Source: Polyangiaceae bacterium
Lineage (GTDB): Bacteria; Myxococcota_A; Polyangia; Polyangiales; Polyangiaceae
Assembly (NCBI GenBank): GCA_965222375.1
Contig: CBDCTZ010000013.1
Coordinates: 480,001-544,000 of the forward strand
Reading direction: 5' to 3'
DNA: 64,000 nucleotides
Shown here one piece after another: positions 26,471-35,317 of this stretch. Positions within the stretch are counted from its first letter, which is position 1. Every line of letters begins with the position of its first letter. Made by a program: the position numbers and the translations under genes. The notes beneath the pieces were generated by a model. It was not told the origin of the DNA. It made no database searches and saw only the letters and a program-made list of their open reading frames with translations.

Positions 26471-28888
26471 ATGGATCACAAAAAGCTAGCACTGCATGTC
26501 TGGCGCCTGGGGCTGACCGCCCTCGTGCTGCTGCTTTGGACCGCCCCGTCGGTAGCGGCTCCAGAGGCACACCTGTTGCGGATTGACCCCCGCGCAGCTC
26601 AGGAGAACGGCTCGCCGATCCTGACCTCGGTGATCGAGGTCGTGGAGAACAAGCGCGTGAGTCAGGCGACTCAGCACTGCGCGGGCGACCGCGGCAGCGG
26701 CTTGTTCAATTGCATGTCCGCAGCCCTCGAGAAGCCCTACGCGCTGTACCGTCCGTTTCCGTTCCCGCATCAGAACGCCATCTTCACGGTCAAGGTAGAC
26801 GGCGCCGATCATCCCGCCAAGTACGTGAGCCATACCCAGTGGGGCGAAAGCCAGCAACAGCCGGGTGTGGGCACCGCCTGGCTCATCCTGATCGACGCGG
26901 ATAGCCGCATGAAAGCCAGCTTTAGCGACGCCAAACAGGTCGCCGCGCGCTTCGTGCAGAGCATGGCGCCCAACGACATCGTGAACGTGATGTTCTTCAA
27001 CGACCGTCAGATCGTGAAGGACTCGAAGTGGATCACCGCCGCTCAGAAAGCTCGGGCGACCGGATTCATCAACGGCCAAACGGACTCGTATCGCTCCCAG
27101 GGCCGTAACCGTTCACTACTCACAATCATCAAGACGGGCGCCACGGACGGCTTCAAGGCCCTCGGCAACGTCGGCGAGAACGTGAAGGTACCGCTGCACC
27201 AGGCCATGGTCGTGCTGTCTTCCGGGTTCGGCGGCACGGACCCGTCGACGACCGGCCCAGGCGCGCTGCAGTTGCAGAAGTACATGACGGGTGGGCGTTT
27301 CCCGGAAGACAACACCGCGCTGCCCAAAGCTCCCGCGCCGGTGATCAGCGTCTACTTTCCGACGCGCACCTATGATGAGTTCCGCCAGAACTCGCTTGAG
27401 TTCATGCAGAACCTGGCCAATCCGGAGATTGGCGGTTTTTTCACGGTGATGCAGGCGGGCCAAGGTGGTCGGGCCGGCAGCATCGTCAACGCGGTCCGGG
27501 CTCGCTTCTCCAAAATGCACATCGTCAAATGGCGAGTCGCGTGCATTGCGCCGGCAGTCACCCAGACCTTCAGCCTCAACTTCACCAATGTGAAGCCACC
27601 AATCCTAGGCGACAACAGTTTCAAAGACGTGCCTGTCGGCATCGACCCATCGACCTGGCCGTTGGACGTGAACATTTCCTACACCCAGGACATGGGCAAG
27701 CGTCAGGGTGGCGTGCACCCGGGCGGGAAGTTCAAGGTCTACGGTGACTTCTGTTGGGGTGGCGACAAGGGCCGTGCCGAAGTGTACTTCTTGCCCGCTG
27801 GGCAGCAGGTACCGACCGCGCTGGCGGGAGCAAACGTCGAAAAGGCGAAGCGCACGCAGCAGCAGCTCATCGCCATGGGCATGAAGGGCACGCCCGTCGA
27901 GGCGAGCGATACCTTCGCCGAGTTCACTGCGCCGGACAAAGACAAGATCTTGCACGGGAGCGGTGAACAGGCCGTCGTCCGGGTGATCGTCTACGACAAC
28001 AAGGCGCTCAGGACGAGCGGCGTGACCTCCGACTCGATCATTCAGATCAAAGGCACGACCCAGCCGCTGCCGATACTGTGGATCCTCGGCGGAGCATTTG
28101 GCCTGGTGGTCGTGCTGTTGCTCGTCGTGATCATTGCCAAAAGCGGCGGAAGCAAGCGCGGCGGCGGTCCGCCACCGCAGGCACCGGTGCCCGGAGGAGG
28201 TTATCCGCCCCCGGGCGGCTATGGCGGTCCACCCGCCGGAGGAGGTTATCCGCCTCAGGGAGGAGGAGGATACGGAGGTGCCCCGCCCCCTGGAGGAGGC
28301 GGCTACCCGCCCCCTGGAGGAGGCGGTTACCCGCCCCCAGGAGGGGGATACGGAGGATCTGCCTCCCCTCACGTAGACCCCGTCGTCGCCCCTGCGGGCG
28401 GCGGCGGGGCAAGCAACGAGTTCATGTACGGCAGCGATGGCGCGCAGCCCGGCCAGAGCTACGGCGTAACCAACGATGCCCCGGCGCAAGCGGCCGCCGC
28501 GCCTCCCAATCCCTACGTAGCGACCGGCGCCCCGGCGGCGGCCGCCGGAGCTGGTGCAGCGGTGGCAGCGGCAGCTCCAGCCGGAGCGCCACCGGCAACT
28601 CGCGCCACTCTGTCGGGTTCTGCGGGAACCTTCACGATCGTGGCGGGGGTGGAAATGCAGGCAGGGCGTGACGGCTCGGCCTGTGGGATCTTGCTCACCG
28701 AACCGCGTATCTCGGGCGTGCACGCGTCCCTGAAGTTGGACGCCGGGCAGCTGCTCATCAAGGACGAGAACAGCAACAACGGGACGCAAGTGAACGGCAA
28801 TCGTCTTCCCCCCGGAGCCTGGACCCCGGTGCAAAACGGCTCACTTTTGCGCTTTGGACCGGTCGAGTTCAGCGTGCGCCTGGAGTAG
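26471..28888 (+). CDS. Signal peptide, vWA-like domain, TM helix, Gly/Pro linker and FHA domain protein
   Basis: N-terminal signal; ILIDADSRM degenerate MIDAS-like strand; TM LWILGGAFGLVVV; FHA motifs AGRD, SGVH and SNNGT. Confidence 0.82.
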   Translation: MDHKKLALHVWRLGLTALVLLLWTAPSVAAPEAHLLRIDPRAAQENGSPILTSVIEVVENKRVSQATQHCAGDRGSGLFNCMSAALEKPYALYRPFPFPHQNAIFTVKVDGADHPAKYVSHTQWGESQQQPGVGTAWLILIDADSRMKASFSDAKQVAARFVQSMAPNDIVNVMFFNDRQIVKDSKWITAAQKARATGFINGQTDSYRSQGRNRSLLTIIKTGATDGFKALGNVGENVKVPLHQAMVVLSSGFGGTDPSTTGPGALQLQKYMTGGRFPEDNTALPKAPAPVISVYFPTRTYDEFRQNSLEFMQNLANPEIGGFFTVMQAGQGGRAGSIVNAVRARFSKMHIVKWRVACIAPAVTQTFSLNFTNVKPPILGDNSFKDVPVGIDPSTWPLDVNISYTQDMGKRQGGVHPGGKFKVYGDFCWGGDKGRAEVYFLPAGQQVPTALAGANVEKAKRTQQQLIAMGMKGTPVEASDTFAEFTAPDKDKILHGSGEQAVVRVIVYDNKALRTSGVTSDSIIQIKGTTQPLPILWILGGAFGLVVVLLLVVIIAKSGGSKRGGGPPPQAPVPGGGYPPPGGYGGPPAGGGYPPQGGGGYGGAPPPGGGGYPPPGGGGYPPPGGGYGGSASPHVDPVVAPAGGGGASNEFMYGSDGAQPGQSYGVTNDAPAQAAAAPPNPYVATGAPAAAAGAGAAVAAAAPAGAPPATRATLSGSAGTFTIVAGVEMQAGRDGSACGILLTEPRISGVHASLKLDAGQLLIKDENSNNGTQVNGNRLPPGAWTPVQNGSLLRFGPVEFSVRLE

Positions 28889-30181
28889 GTGGGAGGAAGC
28901 GTGCATTGCGCCGTCCGTGGCGTCTTCGTCGACTGCGCTGAGCTGACCGACCCGGGTCGGGAGCCCAGCAAGCAAATCAACGAGGATACCTGCGCCATCG
29001 CGCAGACTGGGCACGGGCTAGTCGCGGTCGTGTGTGATGGCATGGGCGGGCACTCCGCAGGCCGGGAAGCGAGCACCACTGCGATGCGCACCATCGTGGA
29101 ATACCTGAGTCGAGAGACTGAGGGTGAGCCCGATCAAGCTTTGGTTCGCGCTATCGAGATCGCCGCCAAGGACGTCTACGCGGTTGGGGGCGATGCACCG
29201 CCGGAATTGCGCCCAGGCTCCACCTGCGTGGCAGCGGTGCTGTACGACGGTTTGGCTCAAATTGCCCACGTTGGAGACTCGCGGGCCTACCTGTTTCGAG
29301 GCGGCGCACTGACTCGCCTGACCCGGGATCACTCCATGGTCCAACAGATGCTCGACAGCGGCATGCTCACCCCCGAGCAAGCTGTCGACCATCCCGACGC
29401 AAACAAGATCACCCGTGCGCTGGGCATGATGGAGTCTGCGGAAGTGGAGCTGCGCCCGGAGCCGGTCCGACTGCTCAGCGGTGACGTGCTCTTGCTGTGC
29501 ACGGATGGGCTCACGGATCTGGTGGAAGATCCTGATTTGACCATGCTGGTCAAGACCCACGCAGAGAAGGGCCCCGAGCATCTGACGCGGGTCCTGGTCG
29601 AGGTCGCATTGGCGCGCGGCGGCTGGGACAACGTCACTGTTCAGGTGCTCGTGGTGCGCGAGCTGGGCAAGACCCAGCCCGCCACGGTGGTACTTGGGGA
29701 GGAAGACGCGTCCAATCCGGCTCCGGCGGGCAACACGGTTGTGGATGAGGGCTCCAGCCAGAAGACCTGGGCGGATGCGCCAGGTACAACGCGTCCCGCC
29801 CCCGCACCCACTCTGCTGGAGGAGCCGGCACCGGAACGCACGACCCTTCCGGGAGGTCCTGGTTCTCCGCTCACGCGTTTCACCGAAGAGGCGCCGACAG
29901 CCCTACCACGCAGAGGCGTGAGCCCTGCCCGCGCCTTGGTACTGTATGCGGCAGCCATCACGGCCGTGATTGTGGTGGGGATCGTTATCTGGGCGGTGGC
30001 ACGCAAAGTCAGAACGCCGAAGGAGGATGCTCCCCTGCCCCCGCCGCCTATTGAACAATCCGCCACAAAAACACCGGTGACGGCACCTCCAACCGAGCTA
30101 TCTGCGGCGCCCGAGGAGCCCCCTCCGGAGCCTCCGCCATCCCCAGACGCGGCCACCCCACCGGACGCAGCACTCCCGTGA
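28889..30181 (+). CDS. PP2C/Stp1-family Ser/Thr phosphatase with C-terminal TM helix
   Basis: NED, VCDGMGGH, HVGDSRAY, LCTDGL and DNVT motifs. Confidence 0.93.
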   Translation: MGGSVHCAVRGVFVDCAELTDPGREPSKQINEDTCAIAQTGHGLVAVVCDGMGGHSAGREASTTAMRTIVEYLSRETEGEPDQALVRAIEIAAKDVYAVGGDAPPELRPGSTCVAAVLYDGLAQIAHVGDSRAYLFRGGALTRLTRDHSMVQQMLDSGMLTPEQAVDHPDANKITRALGMMESAEVELRPEPVRLLSGDVLLLCTDGLTDLVEDPDLTMLVKTHAEKGPEHLTRVLVEVALARGGWDNVTVQVLVVRELGKTQPATVVLGEEDASNPAPAGNTVVDEGSSQKTWADAPGTTRPAPAPTLLEEPAPERTTLPGGPGSPLTRFTEEAPTALPRRGVSPARALVLYAAAITAVIVVGIVIWAVARKVRTPKEDAPLPPPPIEQSATKTPVTAPPTELSAAPEEPPPEPPPSPDAATPPDAALP

Positions 30182-30221
30182 GGCCCGTTTCTTTGTTAGA
30201 GACGCCTAGGACGAGCAACAA

Positions 30222-33164
30222 ATGATCCCGGGGTTCGGCAAGCAAACCATCACGATCGGCAGCGGCGAGAGCTGTGACATCCGCGTCGGCGGGCCCGGCG
30301 TAGCCGCCGAGCACGCCCGGATCGTGAATCAAGGCGGCGGCCAGCTCGTCTTCGTCGATGCCGGCGCTGGGCCCAGCCTCGCGAACGGTCAGCCGCTGGC
30401 CGCTGGCGCCAGCGTGCCCTTCGACTTTCGTACCCAATTCGTCGTGGGCCAGGCGCCGGTCCCCATCGCCCACCCCGCCATTATCAAGATGCTGATGTCT
30501 GCGGGCTCGCTGCCTGCGGCGCCTGGGCAGATCACCTTTGGGCGCGAACCCGGCCAAGCGCACATCGCGATCGCGCATCCAAACGTTTCGGGGCGCCACG
30601 CCACCATGAGCTTGAGCCCGCTCTCCATCACGGACCACGCCTCGACCAGCGGCTCCTGGATCGCCGGCCATCGCCTGCCACCAGAGCAAGCCGTACCAGT
30701 CGATCCCAATGCGCTACTCGCGTTGGGCCCAGTGCCCCTTCCCGTCGCGCTGGTCTGGGAGCTGGCTCAGGGCTTGGGCCTTGGCGACCAACCCGTCCCC
30801 GCTGCCGGCGCCGGCGCGCCGCCCCAAGCCAAGGGCGTGCAGCGGGTCAAGCACAAGACCGTCATTGGGCAGGTTGCCATGGGAGGCGGGGCTGGGGGCG
30901 CCGCCTTCAAGAGCATCGGTCGAACCGAAGACAACGACATCGTCATCTCCCACGCCCAGGTCTCCAGCAAGCACGCCGTGCTGCACATCCAGGGCACCCA
31001 ACTGCTCCTGGAAGACCGCGGCAGTTCTAACGGAACCTATGTGCGCGGCCAGCGCATTCCCCCGGGGCAGCAGGTACCGGTACAGAACGGCGAAAAGGTC
31101 TTCATCGGCCCGATGCCACTGCTGATCCAGGTCCAGGATCAGCAAGTCGCCATGGTCGTCGAGGATGCCCGGGCCGATTGGTCCGGACGCCCGCTGTACG
31201 AGATCGAAGCGTGGGACATCGTCATGCAGGTCCGCGATCGGGACAACCCGAGCGAGATGAAGACCCTGCTCGACCACGTCAGCTTCAAAGCGCTGCCCGG
31301 CGATCTGATCGCGCTGATGGGCCCCTCGGGTGCGGGCAAGACGACCCTTCTGCTCACCCTGAATGGATACTTGCCTCCGACCGCTGGCCAGGTCCGGATC
31401 AACGGCGAAGATCTGTACTCCATCTACGATGCCCTGCGCGGCTCCATCGGCTACGTGCCCCAGGATGACATCGTGCATCCGGAGCTCACCGTCTACGAGG
31501 CGGTTCGGTACAGCGCGTTGTTCCGCCTTCCGCCGGACTACTCGTCGGACGAAATCGACCGACGAGTCCAGACCACCCTGGCTCAGCTTGGTCTCGAGGG
31601 TGTCGCGCATCTGCAGATAGGCAAGCCCGAAAAGAAGATTCTGTCTGGCGGACAGCGAAAGCGCGTGAACATCGCGATGGAGCTGGTGACGGACCCGGTC
31701 ATCATGTTCTTGGACGAGCCGACCAGTGGCCTGGCCGCCGACGACACCACCGCGCTGGTCGAGCTGCTGCAGAACCTGGTGCGCACCACCGGCAAGACCA
31801 TCATCTGCACCATTCATCAGCCCGCGAAGGACGAGTACGAGAAATTCAACCTCGCGCTCATCTTGGGTCAGGGTGGAATTCCCATATATTACGGCCCGTC
31901 CAAGGACGGTTATGGCTTCTTCGGCAGCCTGAAAGAGCGCCGGGGCACGCCCAACGACATCGACAACCCCCGCGACATGTTCGACATGCTCAATCAGCGG
32001 GAGCGCCCAATCTTCGACGCAATGCGTGCGCAGAATCCCTACACACCACGCTTTGCCGCGCGGCAGGCGGCCGCGCGAGAGTGGAACGCTGAGTTCTTCA
32101 ACCAGCAAAACCCGGTGTACCAAAAGATGTACTCGGGTCCCCGTGCCATCGGAGCTGGTTCCAACCAACAGGGTTTGCCCCGCACCCGCCCAAAAACCCG
32201 GGGGCAGTTCGGCTTGCTACTCAGCCGTTACTTCAAGGTGAAGGTCCGAGACGTCACCGGCACGGTCATCATGCTGGCACAGGCGCCCATCATCGGTGTG
32301 TTGTTGGCGTTCGTCTTCGGCGGCCAGAAAGACGCAATCCCATACTGGTGTCTGGGGGCGCTGCAGGAATTGGCACGGCGCAGCGGCGGCCTCGAGGGCA
32401 CCAACGACATGTTGAAGAACATGCAAACCACGACGGACCATTCCGGCGCAGCTTTCTTCTTGGTCGTCGCAGCAGTCTGGTTCGGAACGAGCAACGCCGC
32501 TCGGGAGATCGTCAGCGAACGGGCCATCTACCTCCGCGAACGCATGGTGAACCTCAAGCTGTTCAACTACGTGTTTTCCAAGTTTTTCCTGCTCTCCTTC
32601 TTCTGCGTGATTCAGTGCACGGTACTTCTGGGCATCGTCTTCTTCGCGCTGGGCTTCAATGGCGGCCCCCAGGCATTTGCCATTCAGCTGGCGACACTGA
32701 TCGTCACCGCGATGAATAGCGTCGCCGTTGGACTGATGGTGAGCACTCTGGTCATGAGCAGCGAGGCGGCAATGGCGCTGACGCCCATCGCTTTGATTCC
32801 TCAGGTGGTACTGGGCGGGATCATGGTTCCCATGACCACAAACCCGTGGCTGGAATACCCCATGTATCTGATTCCGGCCCGTTGGGGATTCCAAGGAGTC
32901 GTCGCCCAGGAGCGGTTGGCGATTGCGGACGACTCGGCTTGGATCATGGATCTCAACAAGCCGCAAACCAACAGCCCCGACAACTTCGTCTTTCAAGGCA
33001 AATTCAAGTGCGCCGAAGCTCAAATCGCGAGCATGGACTTCAACGGCGCCTGGGGGTTCGAGACCTACGAACTGGTGTGGCTTCCGCCGGCAGTGCTCGG
33101 CGCAATGATGTTCGCGACCTTGATCTGGATTCTGATCACGCTGAAGCGGCGGGACTCGATTTAG
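30222..33164 (+). CDS. Three-FHA ABC transporter (ABCG-like ATPase and permease; Rv1747-like)
   Basis: Three FHA-like segments; GPSGAGKT, LSGGQRKR, LDEPTSG and TIHQP; six-TM C-terminus. Confidence 0.92.
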   Translation: MIPGFGKQTITIGSGESCDIRVGGPGVAAEHARIVNQGGGQLVFVDAGAGPSLANGQPLAAGASVPFDFRTQFVVGQAPVPIAHPAIIKMLMSAGSLPAAPGQITFGREPGQAHIAIAHPNVSGRHATMSLSPLSITDHASTSGSWIAGHRLPPEQAVPVDPNALLALGPVPLPVALVWELAQGLGLGDQPVPAAGAGAPPQAKGVQRVKHKTVIGQVAMGGGAGGAAFKSIGRTEDNDIVISHAQVSSKHAVLHIQGTQLLLEDRGSSNGTYVRGQRIPPGQQVPVQNGEKVFIGPMPLLIQVQDQQVAMVVEDARADWSGRPLYEIEAWDIVMQVRDRDNPSEMKTLLDHVSFKALPGDLIALMGPSGAGKTTLLLTLNGYLPPTAGQVRINGEDLYSIYDALRGSIGYVPQDDIVHPELTVYEAVRYSALFRLPPDYSSDEIDRRVQTTLAQLGLEGVAHLQIGKPEKKILSGGQRKRVNIAMELVTDPVIMFLDEPTSGLAADDTTALVELLQNLVRTTGKTIICTIHQPAKDEYEKFNLALILGQGGIPIYYGPSKDGYGFFGSLKERRGTPNDIDNPRDMFDMLNQRERPIFDAMRAQNPYTPRFAARQAAAREWNAEFFNQQNPVYQKMYSGPRAIGAGSNQQGLPRTRPKTRGQFGLLLSRYFKVKVRDVTGTVIMLAQAPIIGVLLAFVFGGQKDAIPYWCLGALQELARRSGGLEGTNDMLKNMQTTTDHSGAAFFLVVAAVWFGTSNAAREIVSERAIYLRERMVNLKLFNYVFSKFFLLSFFCVIQCTVLLGIVFFALGFNGGPQAFAIQLATLIVTAMNSVAVGLMVSTLVMSSEAAMALTPIALIPQVVLGGIMVPMTTNPWLEYPMYLIPARWGFQGVVAQERLAIADDSAWIMDLNKPQTNSPDNFVFQGKFKCAEAQIASMDFNGAWGFETYELVWLPPAVLGAMMFATLIWILITLKRRDSI

Positions 33165-33187
33165 CGAGAATGGCGCCTGCCTCGGTC

Positions 33188-33808
33188 TCAGTTTCTGCCG
33201 AAAGACAACCAGACCCCGCCGTCCTCCACCGTGAACCGGCGGCGGCTGAGGCGCGTAGCGATCTTGCCGAGGAAATCTCCGAAGGACTTGGCGACGACTT
33301 CCCTAGGGCGTGACGCGGTCGCATAGAAGTAGAAGACCTGGCCAACATGCCCCCGGGGACCCGGGTCTAGGTCGACCACGTACCCATCCTGTCCGCTCTC
33401 GGTGACGGGAAGCCAAGCCGGCGACCAGAACCTATCGTTCTTGATCTTGCGGTCCCGGGTCAGCGGGCAGGGTGCAGCCCACTCTGGCGCATCCATGCGC
33501 GCACGGTGGGAATCCCAGCGGCGCTGAATCTGTTCCAAAGAGAGCAAGCGCTCGTCGTTGAAGAGGCGGACCAGCGTGCCGTTCATGCCATCGTGATGCG
33601 CGAGGGACGCACGCAAGTCCTTGGGTAGTTTTGCGCCCACTCGTCGCTCCAGCTTGCGCAGATGTTTCGCTTCCGCAGGCCCGGCCAGGGCGCCCGCGAC
33701 TTCCGGGGCGACCTTGTCGAGAGCCTTCTCTATCCGCTGCCAGGTGCGAGCCAGGTCGACCGTCACGACCACAGCATCAGTCAGCCCGGCGAAAAAATGA
33801 ACCAGCAA
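33188..33808 (-). CDS. SMI1/KNR4 family protein
   Basis: W.RIE, LE..VG.KLP.DLR...HDG, WLPV and VDLDPGPRG..GQV motifs. Confidence 0.85.
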   Translation of the reverse strand: MLVHFFAGLTDAVVVTVDLARTWQRIEKALDKVAPEVAGALAGPAEAKHLRKLERRVGAKLPKDLRASLAHHDGMNGTLVRLFNDERLLSLEQIQRRWDSHRARMDAPEWAAPCPLTRDRKIKNDRFWSPAWLPVTESGQDGYVVDLDPGPRGHVGQVFYFYATASRPREVVAKSFGDFLGKIATRLSRRRFTVEDGGVWLSFGRN

Positions 33809-33904
33809 TCTTGTCGGATCCTGGGTTTTGGGGGCGGTTCGACTTTGTAGCTCCCTAGGCAGCGCCGGCGGGCGCGGTCGGGCGCATGACGATATGCTGT
33901 CGCC

Positions 33905-34894
33905 ATGGTCAAAAGGGGACCCGCGACGCTACTGCTCGCACTCTACTTCGCGGGGTGTTCGGAGGCCGAGGAAACGGCGGAACCGCCGAGCTTCATCGTC
34001 GTGACTTTCAACACGGGCACGACTGAGACCATGGGCAGTCAGAACCCTGATGATGGCTACGGCCCTGCCGAAGCTGCCCGCAGTGATCAGCACTACGGAG
34101 ACGGTTTGGCGTGGCCCGCCGTCATCGAAGACACGCGGCGGTTCCTGGCGGACGTTGCCCCGGACATCATCGGCTTCCAGGAGGTATTCTATTCGGGAGA
34201 GTGCGAGACGATTCCAGACGCCGAAAAAGCCGGTTTCGTCTGCGAGACCTGGCAAACCGGCGACCCCACCGTGGCACAGGTGATCCTGGGCGAGGGCTAT
34301 CAGGTCGCTTGCCACATGGGAAAGAGTGACAAGTGCCTCGCGGTGAAAACGCGCTTCGCGACGATTCAAGGATGCCAGCAGGACCTGTGTTTGGACTTCC
34401 TGGACGGTGCCGAAATACCGGGGTGTGGCAGCGGGTCGCGCATTGGGCGCGCGCAACTCAGCCTGGCAGACGGGGGCAGCCTAGTGGTCGTCAACGTTCA
34501 CGGCTCCTCGGGGCTGAAGCTGGACGACACCCAGTGCCGCACCAAGCAGTTCGCCCTGGTCTTCGAAGACATGAACGGTAGCCCCGCTGCAAACGGCGAT
34601 CGCAACATCATCGTCGGGGACCTGAACACGGACCCGGGCCGCGCAGATACCTTCGACCCCAGTGCCCAGAAGCTCAACGTGCACGTCGGCGAAGGTAAGC
34701 GTTTTCAGTTCATCACCGAGGTCGGACCCGACGCGGTCCCGACTTACGCAGGGAGCTTCAACATCGACCATGTGGTCAGTGACGCCTTTTCCGGCAGTTG
34801 CTGGGCGGCCGGAGTGACGGAGGGGCATCCCGCCGTCACCCAAGTTGCCTACTTCGACCACACCCCGGGCGTGTGCCGCCTCCGGGGTCCCTAG
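33905..34894 (+). CDS. Endonuclease/exonuclease/phosphatase-family lipoprotein
   Basis: Lipobox FAGC; VTFN, DIIGFQEV, VGDLN, IDHV and DH motifs. Confidence 0.85.
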   Translation: MVKRGPATLLLALYFAGCSEAEETAEPPSFIVVTFNTGTTETMGSQNPDDGYGPAEAARSDQHYGDGLAWPAVIEDTRRFLADVAPDIIGFQEVFYSGECETIPDAEKAGFVCETWQTGDPTVAQVILGEGYQVACHMGKSDKCLAVKTRFATIQGCQQDLCLDFLDGAEIPGCGSGSRIGRAQLSLADGGSLVVVNVHGSSGLKLDDTQCRTKQFALVFEDMNGSPAANGDRNIIVGDLNTDPGRADTFDPSAQKLNVHVGEGKRFQFITEVGPDAVPTYAGSFNIDHVVSDAFSGSCWAAGVTEGHPAVTQVAYFDHTPGVCRLRGP

Positions 34895-34897
34895 CGC

Positions 34898-35317
34898 TCA
34901 GTCGTAGTCGACCACGCGAACACCGCGTACCCGACGTTGCTCTTCGGTTGCGGCACGCAGCGCCTCATACAACCTGACCACGTCCGTTGGCAGCGCTTCC
35001 AGACGAAGCGCCGGCGTAGAGGAATCCATCGCCTCGAGAATGAGATTCCCAGTCCCCAAAACCCGCTGCCCGAAAGGTCGCTCCACGATGTAGTCGACGA
35101 TGCGATACAGATCCACCTGCTCCATGCGCTTGGAGAACAGCCCGTGCTCCACGACCACTCGTTCGGTCGTGATGCGAAAGAATTTGGACCGGGAACGCAC
35201 GAAGAACACTATCAGCGCGAGACCCAGGGTCAGCACGCAGATCACCAAGCTCCCTACCCCCGGTAGTACCGCCGGGTGTCCCGAAAACAGGACTTGCTCC
35301 GACTCGCGACCGGTCAT
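34898..35317 (-). CDS. Bacterial PH-domain membrane protein
   Basis: TM segment followed by FRITTERV..EHGLFSK...LYRI.D...QRVLGTG; start overlaps the glgP stop (ATGA). Confidence 0.8.
   Translation of the reverse strand: MTGRESEQVLFSGHPAVLPGVGSLVICVLTLGLALIVFFVRSRSKFFRITTERVVVEHGLFSKRMEQVDLYRIVDYIVERPFGQRVLGTGNLILEAMDSSTPALRLEALPTDVVRLYEALRAATEEQRRVRGVRVVDYD

Noticed and set aside
24781..28834. Long antisense and alternative-frame ORFs over the Pro/Gly-rich genes
   Set aside because: Shadow ORFs expected in high-GC low-complexity coding DNA; the same applies to 57601-58342 and 61232-62473.
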